Shown here: in pieces, positions 23,401 through 33,262 of the stretch
Layout of the letters: every line of letters starts with the position of its first letter
How positions within the stretch are numbered: position 1 is the stretch's first letter
Assembly (NCBI GenBank): GCA_964405545.1
Contig: CAYOOH010000001.1
Coordinates: forward strand, 1 to 33,294
Source of the DNA: an uncultured Candidatus Saccharimonadales bacterium
GTDB lineage: Bacteria > Patescibacteriota > Saccharimonadia > UBA4664
DNA length: 33,294 bases
Reading direction: 5' to 3'
Translations under genes and position numbers: made by a program
Notes under the pieces: generated by a model
What the model saw: only the letters and a program-made list of their open reading frames with translations
What the model was told of the DNA's origin: nothing
Database searches by the model: none

Positions 23401-24042
23401 ATGCCTGCACTGGACCGGCCGCGCGAGAAATTGCAGCGGAAGGGAGCGGCGGCCTTGTCCGATTTTGAGCTGCTGGAGGTGCTGATTGGGAGCGGGAGCT
23501 CCGGAGCAGACGTGGGGCAGGTGGCGCGGCAGGTTCAGAAACTGCTGCGTAAGGGTATGCCGGCGGTGACGTTTGAGGCGCTGGTGGAGCTGCATGGAGT
23601 GAGCACGGCCGGGGCAGGCAGGATTTTGGCGGCGCTGGAGCTGGCGAAACGGCATTTGGTTAAGGATGTGGAGCCACTGCGGACGATGAGTGATATTGTG
23701 GCACGGTTGGATGATATCCGGACGAAGCAGCAGGAGTATTTGGTGGCGATGGCGTTGGATGGCGGCCAGCGATTGATTGCGACCCGGACTGTTACGATCG
23801 GGACGCTGGATGTGGTGCTGGCTCATCCGCGCGAAGTGTTTGCCGATGCGCTTATGGATCGTGCGGCAACCGTGGTGATAGCGCACAATCACCCATCGGG
23901 GGAGCCGCAGCCGAGTCAGCAGGATATTACCTTAACGCAACAGCTGGTGGCGGCGGGGCAACTGTTGGGGGTAACGCTGCGGGATCATATTATTATTACC
24001 AAGACCGACTATTTTAGTTTTCGGCAGCACCACTTACTATAG
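23401..24042 (+). CDS. radC: RadC-family JAB/MPN domain protein (UPF0758)
   Basis: RPREKL...SDFELLEVLIGSG N-terminal region and the JAMM motif HNHPSGEPQPSQQD. GAAGGAGGA SD before ATG 23401. Confidence 0.9.
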   Translation: MPALDRPREKLQRKGAAALSDFELLEVLIGSGSSGADVGQVARQVQKLLRKGMPAVTFEALVELHGVSTAGAGRILAALELAKRHLVKDVEPLRTMSDIVARLDDIRTKQQEYLVAMALDGGQRLIATRTVTIGTLDVVLAHPREVFADALMDRAATVVIAHNHPSGEPQPSQQDITLTQQLVAAGQLLGVTLRDHIIITKTDYFSFRQHHLL

Positions 24043-24046
24043 CTTT

Positions 24047-25054
24047 ATGACTATAAGATATCTTGAAGGACGTGGTAGGGTTTCGGCGGCAGTAACGAAC
24101 GTGATGGCTGATGTGATGCGGCATTTTCATGCGCGGCAGCATTTGGGAAAAGCTATAGTGGTATGTGATGATCCGGCTATGATGGCCCAAGTGGCCCGCA
24201 GGCAGTGGATGAAGTTGGCGCGGGTGTTGCAACGGCGGCGCGGGGCAGCGTCGAACGCTGTTGAGATTCTTAAGTATACTTATACGATTACCCAAATGCA
24301 GCACTTGGAGCTTGCAGTAGCCAGTCCGCGTGACGCACCGGAGGCAGCAATGTATTTTGTGCGGTCGGCAGAGCTGCGGCAGGTACCGGCTAATTGTTTG
24401 ACACTCTATTTGACCGGGACGGCCGCGGAGGCGGCAGTGCATAGGATTGTAGCCGAACTGCCGGCACGGAGCTTGGTAGTAGATTATTGCGGCCAGCTAG
24501 AGGTGGGCGACTTTGGTCTGCAGCCCAAGTTGGCGATCGAGCGAGAGGTATTGGAGAGTTGGCGGCTAATCGAGGCTTTTTTGGCGGCTCAGAGCATTGA
24601 TGTGCGACTGTTGGCGGTGACGGCCGGGGCGACAGAAGCTTTTGATGACGCTTTAGATGTATTGATGGGAGTGGAGGCGGAGTTCTTGGCGCTGGCAGGA
24701 GTGTTTCAGCGAGTGCTAGACTTGGCTCGGCCTCTTAAGACTATTCCCAAGCTGGCTCGAGATGAGTACGAGATCTTGTTAATGCTGGCGCACCGCGTAC
24801 AGACCTTTTCTTCGAATGGGTTCTCGCCTCATTTCTTGAGTACTTATGCGGATGATGCCTTCTTCTTGAGCGACAAGCTGCGGGCGGCCGAATCCGTGGC
24901 GGAGGCGATTGTGCGTCACGAACAGGCCGGCCGCTGGCGGCTCGTTCGAATACTGATGGCCCAGACGGGAGAGGCGGTGCCGGGGGTAGATGGACGGCGG
25001 GTGTACCGTGGCTGGCCGCAACAGCCGGCTAAGTGGTTGGCGATGGCCGGGTAG
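24047..25054 (+). CDS. hypothetical helical protein, 335 aa, co-transcribed with radC
   Basis: The start lies 4 nt after the radC stop. No motif recognised. Confidence 0.6.
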   Translation: MTIRYLEGRGRVSAAVTNVMADVMRHFHARQHLGKAIVVCDDPAMMAQVARRQWMKLARVLQRRRGAASNAVEILKYTYTITQMQHLELAVASPRDAPEAAMYFVRSAELRQVPANCLTLYLTGTAAEAAVHRIVAELPARSLVVDYCGQLEVGDFGLQPKLAIEREVLESWRLIEAFLAAQSIDVRLLAVTAGATEAFDDALDVLMGVEAEFLALAGVFQRVLDLARPLKTIPKLARDEYEILLMLAHRVQTFSSNGFSPHFLSTYADDAFFLSDKLRAAESVAEAIVRHEQAGRWRLVRILMAQTGEAVPGVDGRRVYRGWPQQPAKWLAMAG

Positions 25055-25060
25055 CCAGCC

Positions 25061-26176
25061 ATGCTAGGAGCGGAGTCGTGGGCTAGGATTAGTGAGCTGT
25101 GTGAGCAGGCTATTCGGGACAATTTTACACCCGGCTGCTGTGTGGGTGTGGCGACTAGCGAGGCTGGAGCAACATCGCGAAAGGCCGGGGGCGACGGTGT
25201 GGGCGGGCAGTGGTTTGGATCGTACGGCCGGTTGACCTACGAGGCTGAGGCGCCGGCCGTGGCGGAGCGGACGGTTTATGATTTGGCCTCGATTACGAAG
25301 TGTGTACCGACGGCCCTGGTGATCATGCGTCTGGCCGAAGACGGTGCGTTATCTCTGGATGATAAGGTGGTTCATTTTATACCAGAGTTGGCGAATCAGT
25401 ATCGAGATGAGCTATTGATCCGCCACTTGCTTACGTATACGGCGGTGTTTGATTTGCCACAGCGGATGGCCGAGATAGCGATGGCGGCGCCGGATCGAGT
25501 TGTGGAGACGATCTTAGAGGCGCCGCTCAAGGCAGCACCCGGTAAGGAGTTTGTTTACACGAATGGGCCGTTTTTGGTGCTGGGGCTGATAGCGGAGCGA
25601 ATCCGGGGTAAACCGCTGGACGAAATTGCTTATGAGTTGTTTTTTGGTCCGCTCAAGATGCATCAGACGGCTTTTCGGGCGGAGCTATTGGCCCGTGAGG
25701 TTATAGCACCGACTGAGATTGATTGGCGGGGCGAAGTCTGGAGCGGACCGCATGACGAAACGGCCTGGATTATGCGACAGACGGGCAAGATTCCGGGGTT
25801 CGCGGGACTGTTTTCGTCGGCCAGCGATCTCTTGAATATGAGCCAGATGCTGATGGGTGATGGCACGTTTGGAGGGCATCATTATTTTAAGCCCGAGACG
25901 ATGAAGCTGATGCGTACCCAAGCCCTCCCGGCACTTAATGCACACGTTGGTATGGGCTGGCGGGTGGCTTGGCCGGCAATCATGGGGACGCAAGGCAGCG
26001 ACCAGATATTTGGTAAGAGCGGTTTTAGTGGTTGCATGCTGCTGGTTGATCCCGTGAAGCAGCGATCGCTAGTGGTGATGGCGAACCGGACGTATCCTCA
26101 CCGACCGGCAGACGGGGATCGGCAAAAGCTGTTTGGCTTTTGGCGCAGCTTGGCTGATGTGGTGTTCGCCGACTAG
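25061..26176 (+). CDS. serine hydrolase, beta-lactamase/PBP4*-type (class C-like) family
   Basis: SxxK (ASITK), YxN (YTNGP) and a KSG-type third motif (GKSGFSG). Confidence 0.85.
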   Translation: MLGAESWARISELCEQAIRDNFTPGCCVGVATSEAGATSRKAGGDGVGGQWFGSYGRLTYEAEAPAVAERTVYDLASITKCVPTALVIMRLAEDGALSLDDKVVHFIPELANQYRDELLIRHLLTYTAVFDLPQRMAEIAMAAPDRVVETILEAPLKAAPGKEFVYTNGPFLVLGLIAERIRGKPLDEIAYELFFGPLKMHQTAFRAELLAREVIAPTEIDWRGEVWSGPHDETAWIMRQTGKIPGFAGLFSSASDLLNMSQMLMGDGTFGGHHYFKPETMKLMRTQALPALNAHVGMGWRVAWPAIMGTQGSDQIFGKSGFSGCMLLVDPVKQRSLVVMANRTYPHRPADGDRQKLFGFWRSLADVVFAD

Positions 26177-26182
26177 GTCGCT

Positions 26183-26395
26183 CTAGACCTGCACAATGGG
26201 GAGCGACTGAGGCAATGACTCGAAGGCTGCAATGAGGCGACGGAAGGCGGGGTCGATCAGAGTATCGTAGTCGAGTGGTGTTAGGCGCGAGACACGGACG
26301 GGTCCGGACTCGGATGGCAGACGAAAGGCCATATGACCGCGGTATGGTACATAGAGCTGACAGTCAAAGCGCTGGATAGGCATAGCGGTGGTCAT
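26183..26395 (-). CDS. hypothetical 70-aa protein co-transcribed downstream of lexA
   Basis: There is a 16-nt gap after the lexA stop, with a GGGGAG SD. No TM segment and no motif. Confidence 0.5.
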   Translation of the reverse strand: MTTAMPIQRFDCQLYVPYRGHMAFRLPSESGPVRVSRLTPLDYDTLIDPAFRRLIAAFESLPQSLPIVQV

Positions 26396-26411
26396 GGCTG
26401 ACTCCCCTATC

Positions 26412-27029
26412 CTAGTATTTTCGAATCAGGCCGATCACAACCCCTTGGATTTCGATGGGCGTGCCGGGCTTGATGATAATGGGATCCATGGCGGCGTTGG
26501 AGGGCTGGAGGCGAATGTGATCGTTTTCTTTGTAGTAGCGCTTGAGAGTGGCCTCTCCCCCGTTAATGAGGGCGATGATCATCTCGCCATTTGAAGGAAC
26601 GGGCTTCTCGGTAACAACTACGTAGTCGCCAGTATGAATGCCCTCGTCAATCATGGAGTCGCCTTTGACCTGGAGAACATAGGAGTTTTTACGACCGACC
26701 ATAAAGGGCGGAACCTCGAGGGTTTCGGGATGGGCAGCCAGGGTCTCGATGGGTTGGCCGGCAGCGACGAGGCCGAGTATGGGCAGACCGATGGAAGGAG
26801 TGGCGTCAACGGTGGTTTCCACTAGTTGGATGGACCGGGCCTCGTTGTCGCCTTTTTGGAGCATGCCTTTGCCTACGAGCGATTCGATGTGTTCGGCAAC
26901 GGTGGCGACGGAGCCGTACTTGAAGTAGGCTGCAATCTCGCGATAGCTAGGGGCATAGCCGTGGAGTTCGATGAATTGGGTGACGTAGTCTAGGACTTCT
27001 TTTTGACGTTTAGTAAGTGGTGCTGGCAT
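26412..27029 (-). CDS. lexA: LexA repressor
   Basis: N-terminal wHTH (LTKRQKEVLDYV...APSYREIA), VAAGQP cleavage site, GDSM catalytic Ser and LKRYY Lys. Confidence 0.95.
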   Translation of the reverse strand: MPAPLTKRQKEVLDYVTQFIELHGYAPSYREIAAYFKYGSVATVAEHIESLVGKGMLQKGDNEARSIQLVETTVDATPSIGLPILGLVAAGQPIETLAAHPETLEVPPFMVGRKNSYVLQVKGDSMIDEGIHTGDYVVVTEKPVPSNGEMIIALINGGEATLKRYYKENDHIRLQPSNAAMDPIIIKPGTPIEIQGVVIGLIRKY

Positions 27030-27057
27030 AGAACCCTCCCGAGGTTAACTTGTCTTG

Positions 27058-27086
27058 ATCTTACCGAACAAAGTCCGAAGTGTCAA
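27058..27086 (-). promoter_or_regulatory. lexA promoter with an embedded candidate LexA operator
   Basis: On the complement strand, TTGACA-N17-TAAGAT. The 17-nt spacer (+ strand CCGAACAAAGTCCGAAG) contains GAAC-N7-GAAG, i.e. CCGAA repeated with an 11-nt period. Confidence 0.6.
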
Positions 27087-27091
27087 GCAAA

Positions 27092-29005
27092 TTAGTTAAA
27101 CTGCTGGGTAACGGGGAAGTCGGTCGAGGGCTTGTATGTGGTATAGAAGGTGTCGGTCTTGGTGACGTTGCCGGCTAGATCGAGGATGTCGCGGGTAAAG
27201 ACGGTTTTGGACGGCTTGGTGGCGTCGTTGGAGCCGGAAATGAAGGTGGGCGGGTTGATGCGGCCGGATTTGGTCTTGGTGCCGAAGAAATCGAACTTGA
27301 GATCGGTACCTTTCATGGTGGTTTGAATGAGCAGGTAATGACCTGTGTCGTTAACGAACTTGAAATCGAGTGCAGGGTAGTAAATGGTGGCATCGACGCC
27401 AGGCGCGGCATAGGGCCAAGTGTAGTAGCTAATGGCAAATGAGTGGTTGTGGCGTTCGGTGATGGGCAGGCCGGCGCCCAGGGCAGCCCGGAAGGCAGTG
27501 GATGAGACTTGGCACAATCCCCCACCATATTGTTTTTCTTCGTGGTCGGCCAGGATGACGAGCTCGGGAACGTAGCCGGTCTCGGGGCCAACGTCGCCCA
27601 GGAGCTTGCCGAACGAGAATTCTTCGCCAGGCTTGAGGAGGACGCCATTAAAACGGCGAGCGCCGGCCCGGACGTTGGTTAGGCGGGCGGAGGTGGAGCC
27701 AGGAAAGTAGGTTTCGCCTTCGGAGATCTGGTCTTTGATGCCAAGCGAATCGAGGGTGGCCTCGTTGACGTCGGCTGGAGCAGTATCGAGCTTGAGGTCG
27801 ATGGTGCGCTGATCAGCTGGCTTGGACAGTGCGGCGGTGATGGCAGTGACGGTGTCGGCCTGGTTGAGTTTGATGCCGCTACGAGATGGCTCGACAATGG
27901 CAAGCTGGCCGTCTTGCATGGCTAGACTGGCGTTCTGGGGCGTTTGATCAAGGTCGGCCGCAAGCCGGGCGGCATAGGTTTTGACGGCGGCCGGGTCCAG
28001 GCCGAGTTTAACCGCCGGTGGAGGTGGATAAAGGTCGGGCAGGCTGAGGCTGTTGAGGAAGTCGTGTGATGGTTTGGTGCCGATTTGCATCCAAGAGATG
28101 ATGACCGACTGATCGATGGTTTTTTGGCCAGTTGAGCTGTTGAGGGTGATGGGGCCGGCAATGTAGGTGTTGATTTGACCAATGGCGGCCTGAAGCGGGT
28201 CGGTGGCCAGGTCGGGCTGAAGCTGGTAGACGGGGGCCGCGATGGGGTCGGTTGAGGTATGGTCGAGGCCCGCCACAACCAGCTGAATGAGGCGGCCGAG
28301 ATCGAGCCTGGTGCCAGAAGCGGCCGGGGTGACACTGGCATGGTTGTCATCGAAGCTGAGCGTGGCGTTTTGGACAGGGGTGATAAGATCGTCGGCTAGC
28401 TGGTTAACGTAGGGGGTCAGCCGGTTGGAGTCAAAAGTGAGCGAAGAGAAGGCGGTATGACGACCAAAGAGAGCGCGGGCTTGCTGGATGGCCTGACTCC
28501 AGAAATCCCCCTGACGGCCATAGGTAAAGGCCTGCTGGGCGGCAGTAGCAGGATCGTATTTGACTTGAAGGGTTGAGATGGGGACGCGTAGATTGGTGTC
28601 GTTGTAACTAATGGTAACTACGCTGCCGGCAAAGGTAGTAGTCTTGTCGGTGATGCGTTTGGCGGCCTCGGCCCGGGACAGCCCGCCAATGTAAACGCCG
28701 TTGGCGGTGATGCCCGGGAATATACGGTCGGCGTAGACAAACTCGAAGCTGGCGGCAAATAAGGCGCCTACCACGATGAGTCCGCCCACGAAACGGGCCA
28801 CCGGCGCCAAACGACGGCGAGGGGCTGGGCCGTCGGCGAAGGGCTCGGTGGTTGGATCGGGCTGCTCCCAGAACTCGGGCTCTGGTGCCGAAGCCGGGAC
28901 CGGAAGGTCAATGTCCGGGGAGTTAGAAGCCATAGCGGAAACGGACAGCTTGGTGCCGGTCTTGGGGCCGATGTCATTTATGAGGGTGGGTTTTGATCGG
29001 GGCAT
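27092..29005 (-). CDS. VanW-family (YoaR-like) membrane-anchored cell-wall protein
   Basis: N-terminal TM segment, and the VanW core YGGGLCQVSSTAFRAALGAGLPITERHNHSF. Confidence 0.85.
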   Translation of the reverse strand: MPRSKPTLINDIGPKTGTKLSVSAMASNSPDIDLPVPASAPEPEFWEQPDPTTEPFADGPAPRRRLAPVARFVGGLIVVGALFAASFEFVYADRIFPGITANGVYIGGLSRAEAAKRITDKTTTFAGSVVTISYNDTNLRVPISTLQVKYDPATAAQQAFTYGRQGDFWSQAIQQARALFGRHTAFSSLTFDSNRLTPYVNQLADDLITPVQNATLSFDDNHASVTPAASGTRLDLGRLIQLVVAGLDHTSTDPIAAPVYQLQPDLATDPLQAAIGQINTYIAGPITLNSSTGQKTIDQSVIISWMQIGTKPSHDFLNSLSLPDLYPPPPAVKLGLDPAAVKTYAARLAADLDQTPQNASLAMQDGQLAIVEPSRSGIKLNQADTVTAITAALSKPADQRTIDLKLDTAPADVNEATLDSLGIKDQISEGETYFPGSTSARLTNVRAGARRFNGVLLKPGEEFSFGKLLGDVGPETGYVPELVILADHEEKQYGGGLCQVSSTAFRAALGAGLPITERHNHSFAISYYTWPYAAPGVDATIYYPALDFKFVNDTGHYLLIQTTMKGTDLKFDFFGTKTKSGRINPPTFISGSNDATKPSKTVFTRDILDLAGNVTKTDTFYTTYKPSTDFPVTQQFN

Positions 29006-29022
29006 GTATTGGTATTATGCCA

Positions 29023-30981
29023 TTATTGGCGAATGAGATCGAGGGCATTTCCTTGGACGACCAGGTCGGAGAGGCGTATGCGATTGTAGGCTCGGTCGTA
29101 GAGGGAGCGGCATTGATCGAGGCTGACTCGGGTGGGCGGGGCCGATAAGTTGGCACCAGCATAGCAGGTGCCAGCCGCATACTGGCTGGAGCTTGCGGCA
29201 CCCAGGTAGGTGTGCTGGCGATCCATGGCAAATTCGAGGTCGATGCCACTGCCGCGGCGACGGCGAGCGACAAGCGGGTCGGGGTCGTTGAGGAGATCTT
29301 GGCCCAGAGCGGAGGCGGGGGCTTTGAGGCCCATGAGATTCATAAGGGTGGGATAGATATCCGTTTGAGAGGCAGGACCATCGAGCTGAGTGGCGGGCAG
29401 GCCGGAATTGTAGACGAGAAAGGGAACTTGACGGCTCTGAAGATAGGTGAGGTCGTTAAAGCCGCCAGGGTAGCCGAGGGCCTGGGCAAAGGTTTTGTCG
29501 GCGGGGCCTTGGATGAAAGCTTCGTGGTCGCCGACGATGGCAATGGTAGTATTGGCTAGCTGACCGCTGGACTGGAGATTGGTGATGAAGTCGCCCAGGG
29601 CCGAGTCGGTGTAATGAGCGGCTTCGAGGTAGTTTTGCTGGATCCAGGCTAGATTGGTTTTGCCCAGATCAAGGGTTTTGTATTGATCGGGGATGCTAAA
29701 AGGGGTGTGCGAGCTAAAGGTGATGAGGTGGGCGTAATAAGGGGTTTTGAGGCCCTGGAGCTTGGGTAGGGCTTGGGTAAAGAGATCTTGATCGGACAGG
29801 CCCCAGGCCAGGCCTTGCTGCTTGATCTGAAAGGTAGAAACGTCGTCGAAACGGTCGTAGCCAAAGCTGGGAAAGGTGTTGGCGCGGTTCCAGAAGTTTC
29901 TGCTGTCGCCGTGCATGGCGATGGTGTAGTAACCGTTGTCGCGGAGGGTTTTGGGCATGGCTTGGTAGTTATTGTGGGGATACTCAAAGGCAACGGCCCG
30001 GTCGCCAAGGTAATAGAGTGAATTGAGGGCGGTGAACTCGGCGTCGGAGGAGGTGCCGGGGCCGACCATGTAATGGAAGTTAGTGAAATCGAGGCTCTCG
30101 GAAGCAAGCTTATTGAGGTTGGGGGTAACTTCGTGGCCATTAATTTTGAGTCCGATGAGGAAGGCCTGAAAGGATTCGAGCTGAATGTAGATGAGGTTAC
30201 GACCTTTGTCGGTAGCGAAGGCTTGGGTGCCGGTGGGTTTGTATTGATAGGCGGACTTGTGGTCGGTCACAAAGGCGCGCTCCTGGGTACTGAGGCCGTG
30301 TTTGCGGAGGATGTACTTGAGGGTATCGTAAACGGTGTAGTTGACGATACCGATTTTGCGAACGAGTTCGTCGGAGTTGTAGGGTTGGTTGATAATGCGG
30401 TCAAGACTGCCGTGCTGCTCGATGGCTTCGGCCGTGAAAAGCCAGGCCAGGGAGAGGACGATGGTGAGAGCGAGAGAGAGCTTGGTCCAGCGGCGGGTGC
30501 GGGGGCTGAGTGGCGGCTCGGATGGACGGCGGAGAGCGGCTAGGGCCAGCGCGCCGAGGGCCAGGGGCGGAACAAGGTAGGCCCAAACTTTTGGCCCGGC
30601 GATGGCGGTGATGCTGCTGCCCAGGACGCCGATTTGACCAAAGTATTTGAGAGCTGAGATGGACAGGAAACCGCCAGCGTAATGGGCGTAGATGGTGTGG
30701 GCGATAAAAAGGAGGCTTATAAAGAGGCTTGTGCCGGCCAGATAGAGATAGCGAGGACGGCGGCGCATAAGGATGGCTGGCCCGTAGAGCAACACTCCAA
30801 AACCGAGCGTAGAAACTGAGCGGCGGACCCACCAAAATTGGGTCAGAGCCGCCCATTGGTTGTAGAGGCTGACGCAGATTTCGAGGAACAGTATTAAGAG
30901 TAGCGACGGCAGGAGGCGCCAGAGCCAGGCGGTGAGGCTGGGTTGGTGGCGACTGAGGAAGCGGCGGAATCGTGCGAGCAT
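29023..30981 (-). CDS. LTA synthase-family sulfatase (LtaS/phosphoglycerol transferase-like)
   Basis: Five N-terminal TM segments plus an extracellular sulfatase domain (NLIYIQLESFQAF, GTSSDAEFTALNSLY, SSHTPF). Confidence 0.85.
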   Translation of the reverse strand: MLARFRRFLSRHQPSLTAWLWRLLPSLLLILFLEICVSLYNQWAALTQFWWVRRSVSTLGFGVLLYGPAILMRRRPRYLYLAGTSLFISLLFIAHTIYAHYAGGFLSISALKYFGQIGVLGSSITAIAGPKVWAYLVPPLALGALALAALRRPSEPPLSPRTRRWTKLSLALTIVLSLAWLFTAEAIEQHGSLDRIINQPYNSDELVRKIGIVNYTVYDTLKYILRKHGLSTQERAFVTDHKSAYQYKPTGTQAFATDKGRNLIYIQLESFQAFLIGLKINGHEVTPNLNKLASESLDFTNFHYMVGPGTSSDAEFTALNSLYYLGDRAVAFEYPHNNYQAMPKTLRDNGYYTIAMHGDSRNFWNRANTFPSFGYDRFDDVSTFQIKQQGLAWGLSDQDLFTQALPKLQGLKTPYYAHLITFSSHTPFSIPDQYKTLDLGKTNLAWIQQNYLEAAHYTDSALGDFITNLQSSGQLANTTIAIVGDHEAFIQGPADKTFAQALGYPGGFNDLTYLQSRQVPFLVYNSGLPATQLDGPASQTDIYPTLMNLMGLKAPASALGQDLLNDPDPLVARRRRGSGIDLEFAMDRQHTYLGAASSSQYAAGTCYAGANLSAPPTRVSLDQCRSLYDRAYNRIRLSDLVVQGNALDLIRQ

Positions 30982-31047
30982 GTTGTTAGTTTAGCGGGTG
31001 TTTTTCAGATGGGGAACCCCCGAACAGAGTCTGAGAAATAGCTGCGT

Positions 31048-32133
31048 CTAGAGGTAGGTTCGGCCGTGGTCGTCTTTGATGAGCTTTTGGATGTCTTTGA
31101 TTTTCTCGATCTTGGTCTTGGGAATGATCAGGAGAGCGTCATCGGTGTCGACTACGACGAGGTTATCTACACCGGCTATGGCGACGAGCTTATTGGAGTT
31201 GCTGACTTTTACCAAGGAGTCGGCGGCATCGACAGCTACAACGCGGCCGCCCTTGTAGACTTCACCCGGTTCGCTGGTGAAGAATTCGTAAACAGAGCTC
31301 CAGGTACCAATATCGGTCCAGCGAAAAGGCAGCAAAATGATATAGCCGTTGGTGTGGAGAACGTGCCGAGTAACTTCTTCGGTCGGACCCTTGTCCATAT
31401 CGCTATAGATTCGCTCGATTTCGGCGTCTTCGCCGGGATGGCCAAAGGCGTCGCGCATAGCCATCAAGCTCTTGTACCAGTCAGGACGGTGGATCTTGTA
31501 AGCCTCGAGCGCTAGTTCGGGGTACCAGCAATAGTGGTTAGAATGGAAAACGACGTTGAAATTCTCGATGAGGTGCTTGGTTTCTTGGTAGTTGTTACCG
31601 CGATAGAGGAACTCGTTGACAGCATAAACCTCTTGACTGGTACCTTCGTTCAGACGTTCGCCTAACTTGAGGTAGTCGACGCCCATGTTGGGTTCGGTAG
31701 CTTTGATGCCGCCGCTGATGAGTTTCTTATCCCGCGCAACGATCTTGGCAGCGTCCTCGATCATTTGCAGGAAGGCCTCTTCGGGCTGGCGGATACAGTC
31801 GGCCTGGATGAGCATGAACGGCTCGCCTGGAGCGATTTCGGCTAGACGCAAACAGGCAAAACCAAAGGCCGGACCAGTATCCTTGGCAATATTTGGTTCG
31901 ATGATGTAGTTGCGAAGCGGAATCTGGGGGGCTTGTTCGGAGGCATATTTAATGAATTTTTGCTTGGTAGAAATAAAGATATCTTCTGACGGAAAGCGTT
32001 TCAGGAGTGTTTCGATAGTGGCCGTAAATAGGGATTTGTCCCCGAAGATGGGCTGGAACTGTTTGGGTTGATGTTCGCGGGAAAAGGGCCAAAGCTTGGT
32101 CCCTTGGCCGCCAGCGATAACGAGTAGTTTCAT
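31048..32133 (-). CDS. sugar-1-phosphate nucleotidyltransferase (mannose-1-phosphate guanylyltransferase-like)
   Basis: N-terminal IAGGQGTKLWPFS(R) motif and GMP-type length. Confidence 0.8.
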   Translation of the reverse strand: MKLLVIAGGQGTKLWPFSREHQPKQFQPIFGDKSLFTATIETLLKRFPSEDIFISTKQKFIKYASEQAPQIPLRNYIIEPNIAKDTGPAFGFACLRLAEIAPGEPFMLIQADCIRQPEEAFLQMIEDAAKIVARDKKLISGGIKATEPNMGVDYLKLGERLNEGTSQEVYAVNEFLYRGNNYQETKHLIENFNVVFHSNHYCWYPELALEAYKIHRPDWYKSLMAMRDAFGHPGEDAEIERIYSDMDKGPTEEVTRHVLHTNGYIILLPFRWTDIGTWSSVYEFFTSEPGEVYKGGRVVAVDAADSLVKVSNSNKLVAIAGVDNLVVVDTDDALLIIPKTKIEKIKDIQKLIKDDHGRTYL

Positions 32134-32216
32134 AGCGGGATTTATTGTAGCAGTAAGAGAGTGATTTGATAATATGCTGATTTGATAATGGGTGGATCGC
32201 TGCTATAGTGAGGCTC

Positions 32217-33224
32217 ATGAAGATACTGGTAGCTGGCGGAGCAGGATATATTGGTAGCCACACGGTGGTGGAGCTGCTGGCGGCCGGTCATGGAGTGGTG
32301 GCTGTGGATAATTTTAGCAACTCGAGTCCGGCGGTGCTGGAGCGGCTAGAGAAGATTACCGGATCGAAGATTGCTTTTTATAAGGTCGATTTGCGTGATC
32401 GGGTAGCATTGGAGAAGGTTTTTGAGGAGCAGGCGTTTGATGCCGTGATTCATTTTGCCGGACTGAAGGCGGTGGGTGAGTCGGTGGAGCAGCCGTTGGC
32501 GTATTATCGGAATAATCTGGATTCGACGCTGACGCTGTTGGAGGTGATGGCGGCCAAGGGCGTGAAGCAGCTGGTGTTTAGTTCGTCGGCGACGGTGTAT
32601 GGGGATCCGGAACGGGTACCGATTGATGAGAAGGCGTCGGTGCATGCGACCAATCCGTACGGCCAGACGAAGGTGATGATTGAACAAATTTTGCGGGATG
32701 TGGCCGTGGCTGATCCGGCCTGGCGAATTACGATCTTGCGCTACTTTAATCCGGTGGGGGCGCATGAGAGCGGGCTGATTGGTGAGGATCCGCGGGGACG
32801 GCCAAACAATTTGGTGCCGTATATCGCCCAGGTAGCGGTGGGTCGGCGCGAGAGGTTGGCGGTGTATGGCGGGGATTGGGATACGCCGGATGGGACGGGC
32901 GTGCGGGATTATTTGCATGTGGTGGATCTGGCGCGCGGGCATGTGGCGGCTCTGGAGCGGGGGGAGTCGGGAGTGGCGGTTTATAATCTGGGGACGGGCC
33001 GGGGCGTGTCGGTGCTGGAGATGGTGAAGGCGTTCGAGAAGGCCTGCGGACATAGAATCGCGTATGAGATAGTGGCGCGGCGGCCGGGCGATATTGCGGT
33101 CTGTTATGCCGATGCTAGCTTGGCGCGGCGGGAGCTGGGCTGGAAGGCCGAGAAGTCGCTGGAGGATATGTGCGCCGATACGTGGCGGTGGCAAAGCCGG
33201 AATCCGCGAGGGTATGCGGGGTAG
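32217..33224 (+). CDS. galE: UDP-glucose 4-epimerase
   Basis: [15 protein letters not shown] Rossmann motif, catalytic YGQTK, and [14 protein letters not shown] 32217 is preferred over the track GTG at 32208. Confidence 0.9.
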   Translation: MKILVAGGAGYIGSHTVVELLAAGHGVVAVDNFSNSSPAVLERLEKITGSKIAFYKVDLRDRVALEKVFEEQAFDAVIHFAGLKAVGESVEQPLAYYRNNLDSTLTLLEVMAAKGVKQLVFSSSATVYGDPERVPIDEKASVHATNPYGQTKVMIEQILRDVAVADPAWRITILRYFNPVGAHESGLIGEDPRGRPNNLVPYIAQVAVGRRERLAVYGGDWDTPDGTGVRDYLHVVDLARGHVAALERGESGVAVYNLGTGRGVSVLEMVKAFEKACGHRIAYEIVARRPGDIAVCYADASLARRELGWKAEKSLEDMCADTWRWQSRNPRGYAG

Positions 33225-33232
33225 AAATGGAA

Positions 33233-33262
33233 ACGGCGGCGAAGTTTGAGGCTTCGCCGCCG
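33233..33262 (+). terminator. GC-rich hairpin downstream of galE
   Basis: GGCGGCGAAG-tttgag-GCTTCGCCGCC, 10-11 bp. There is no clear U-run. Confidence 0.4.
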
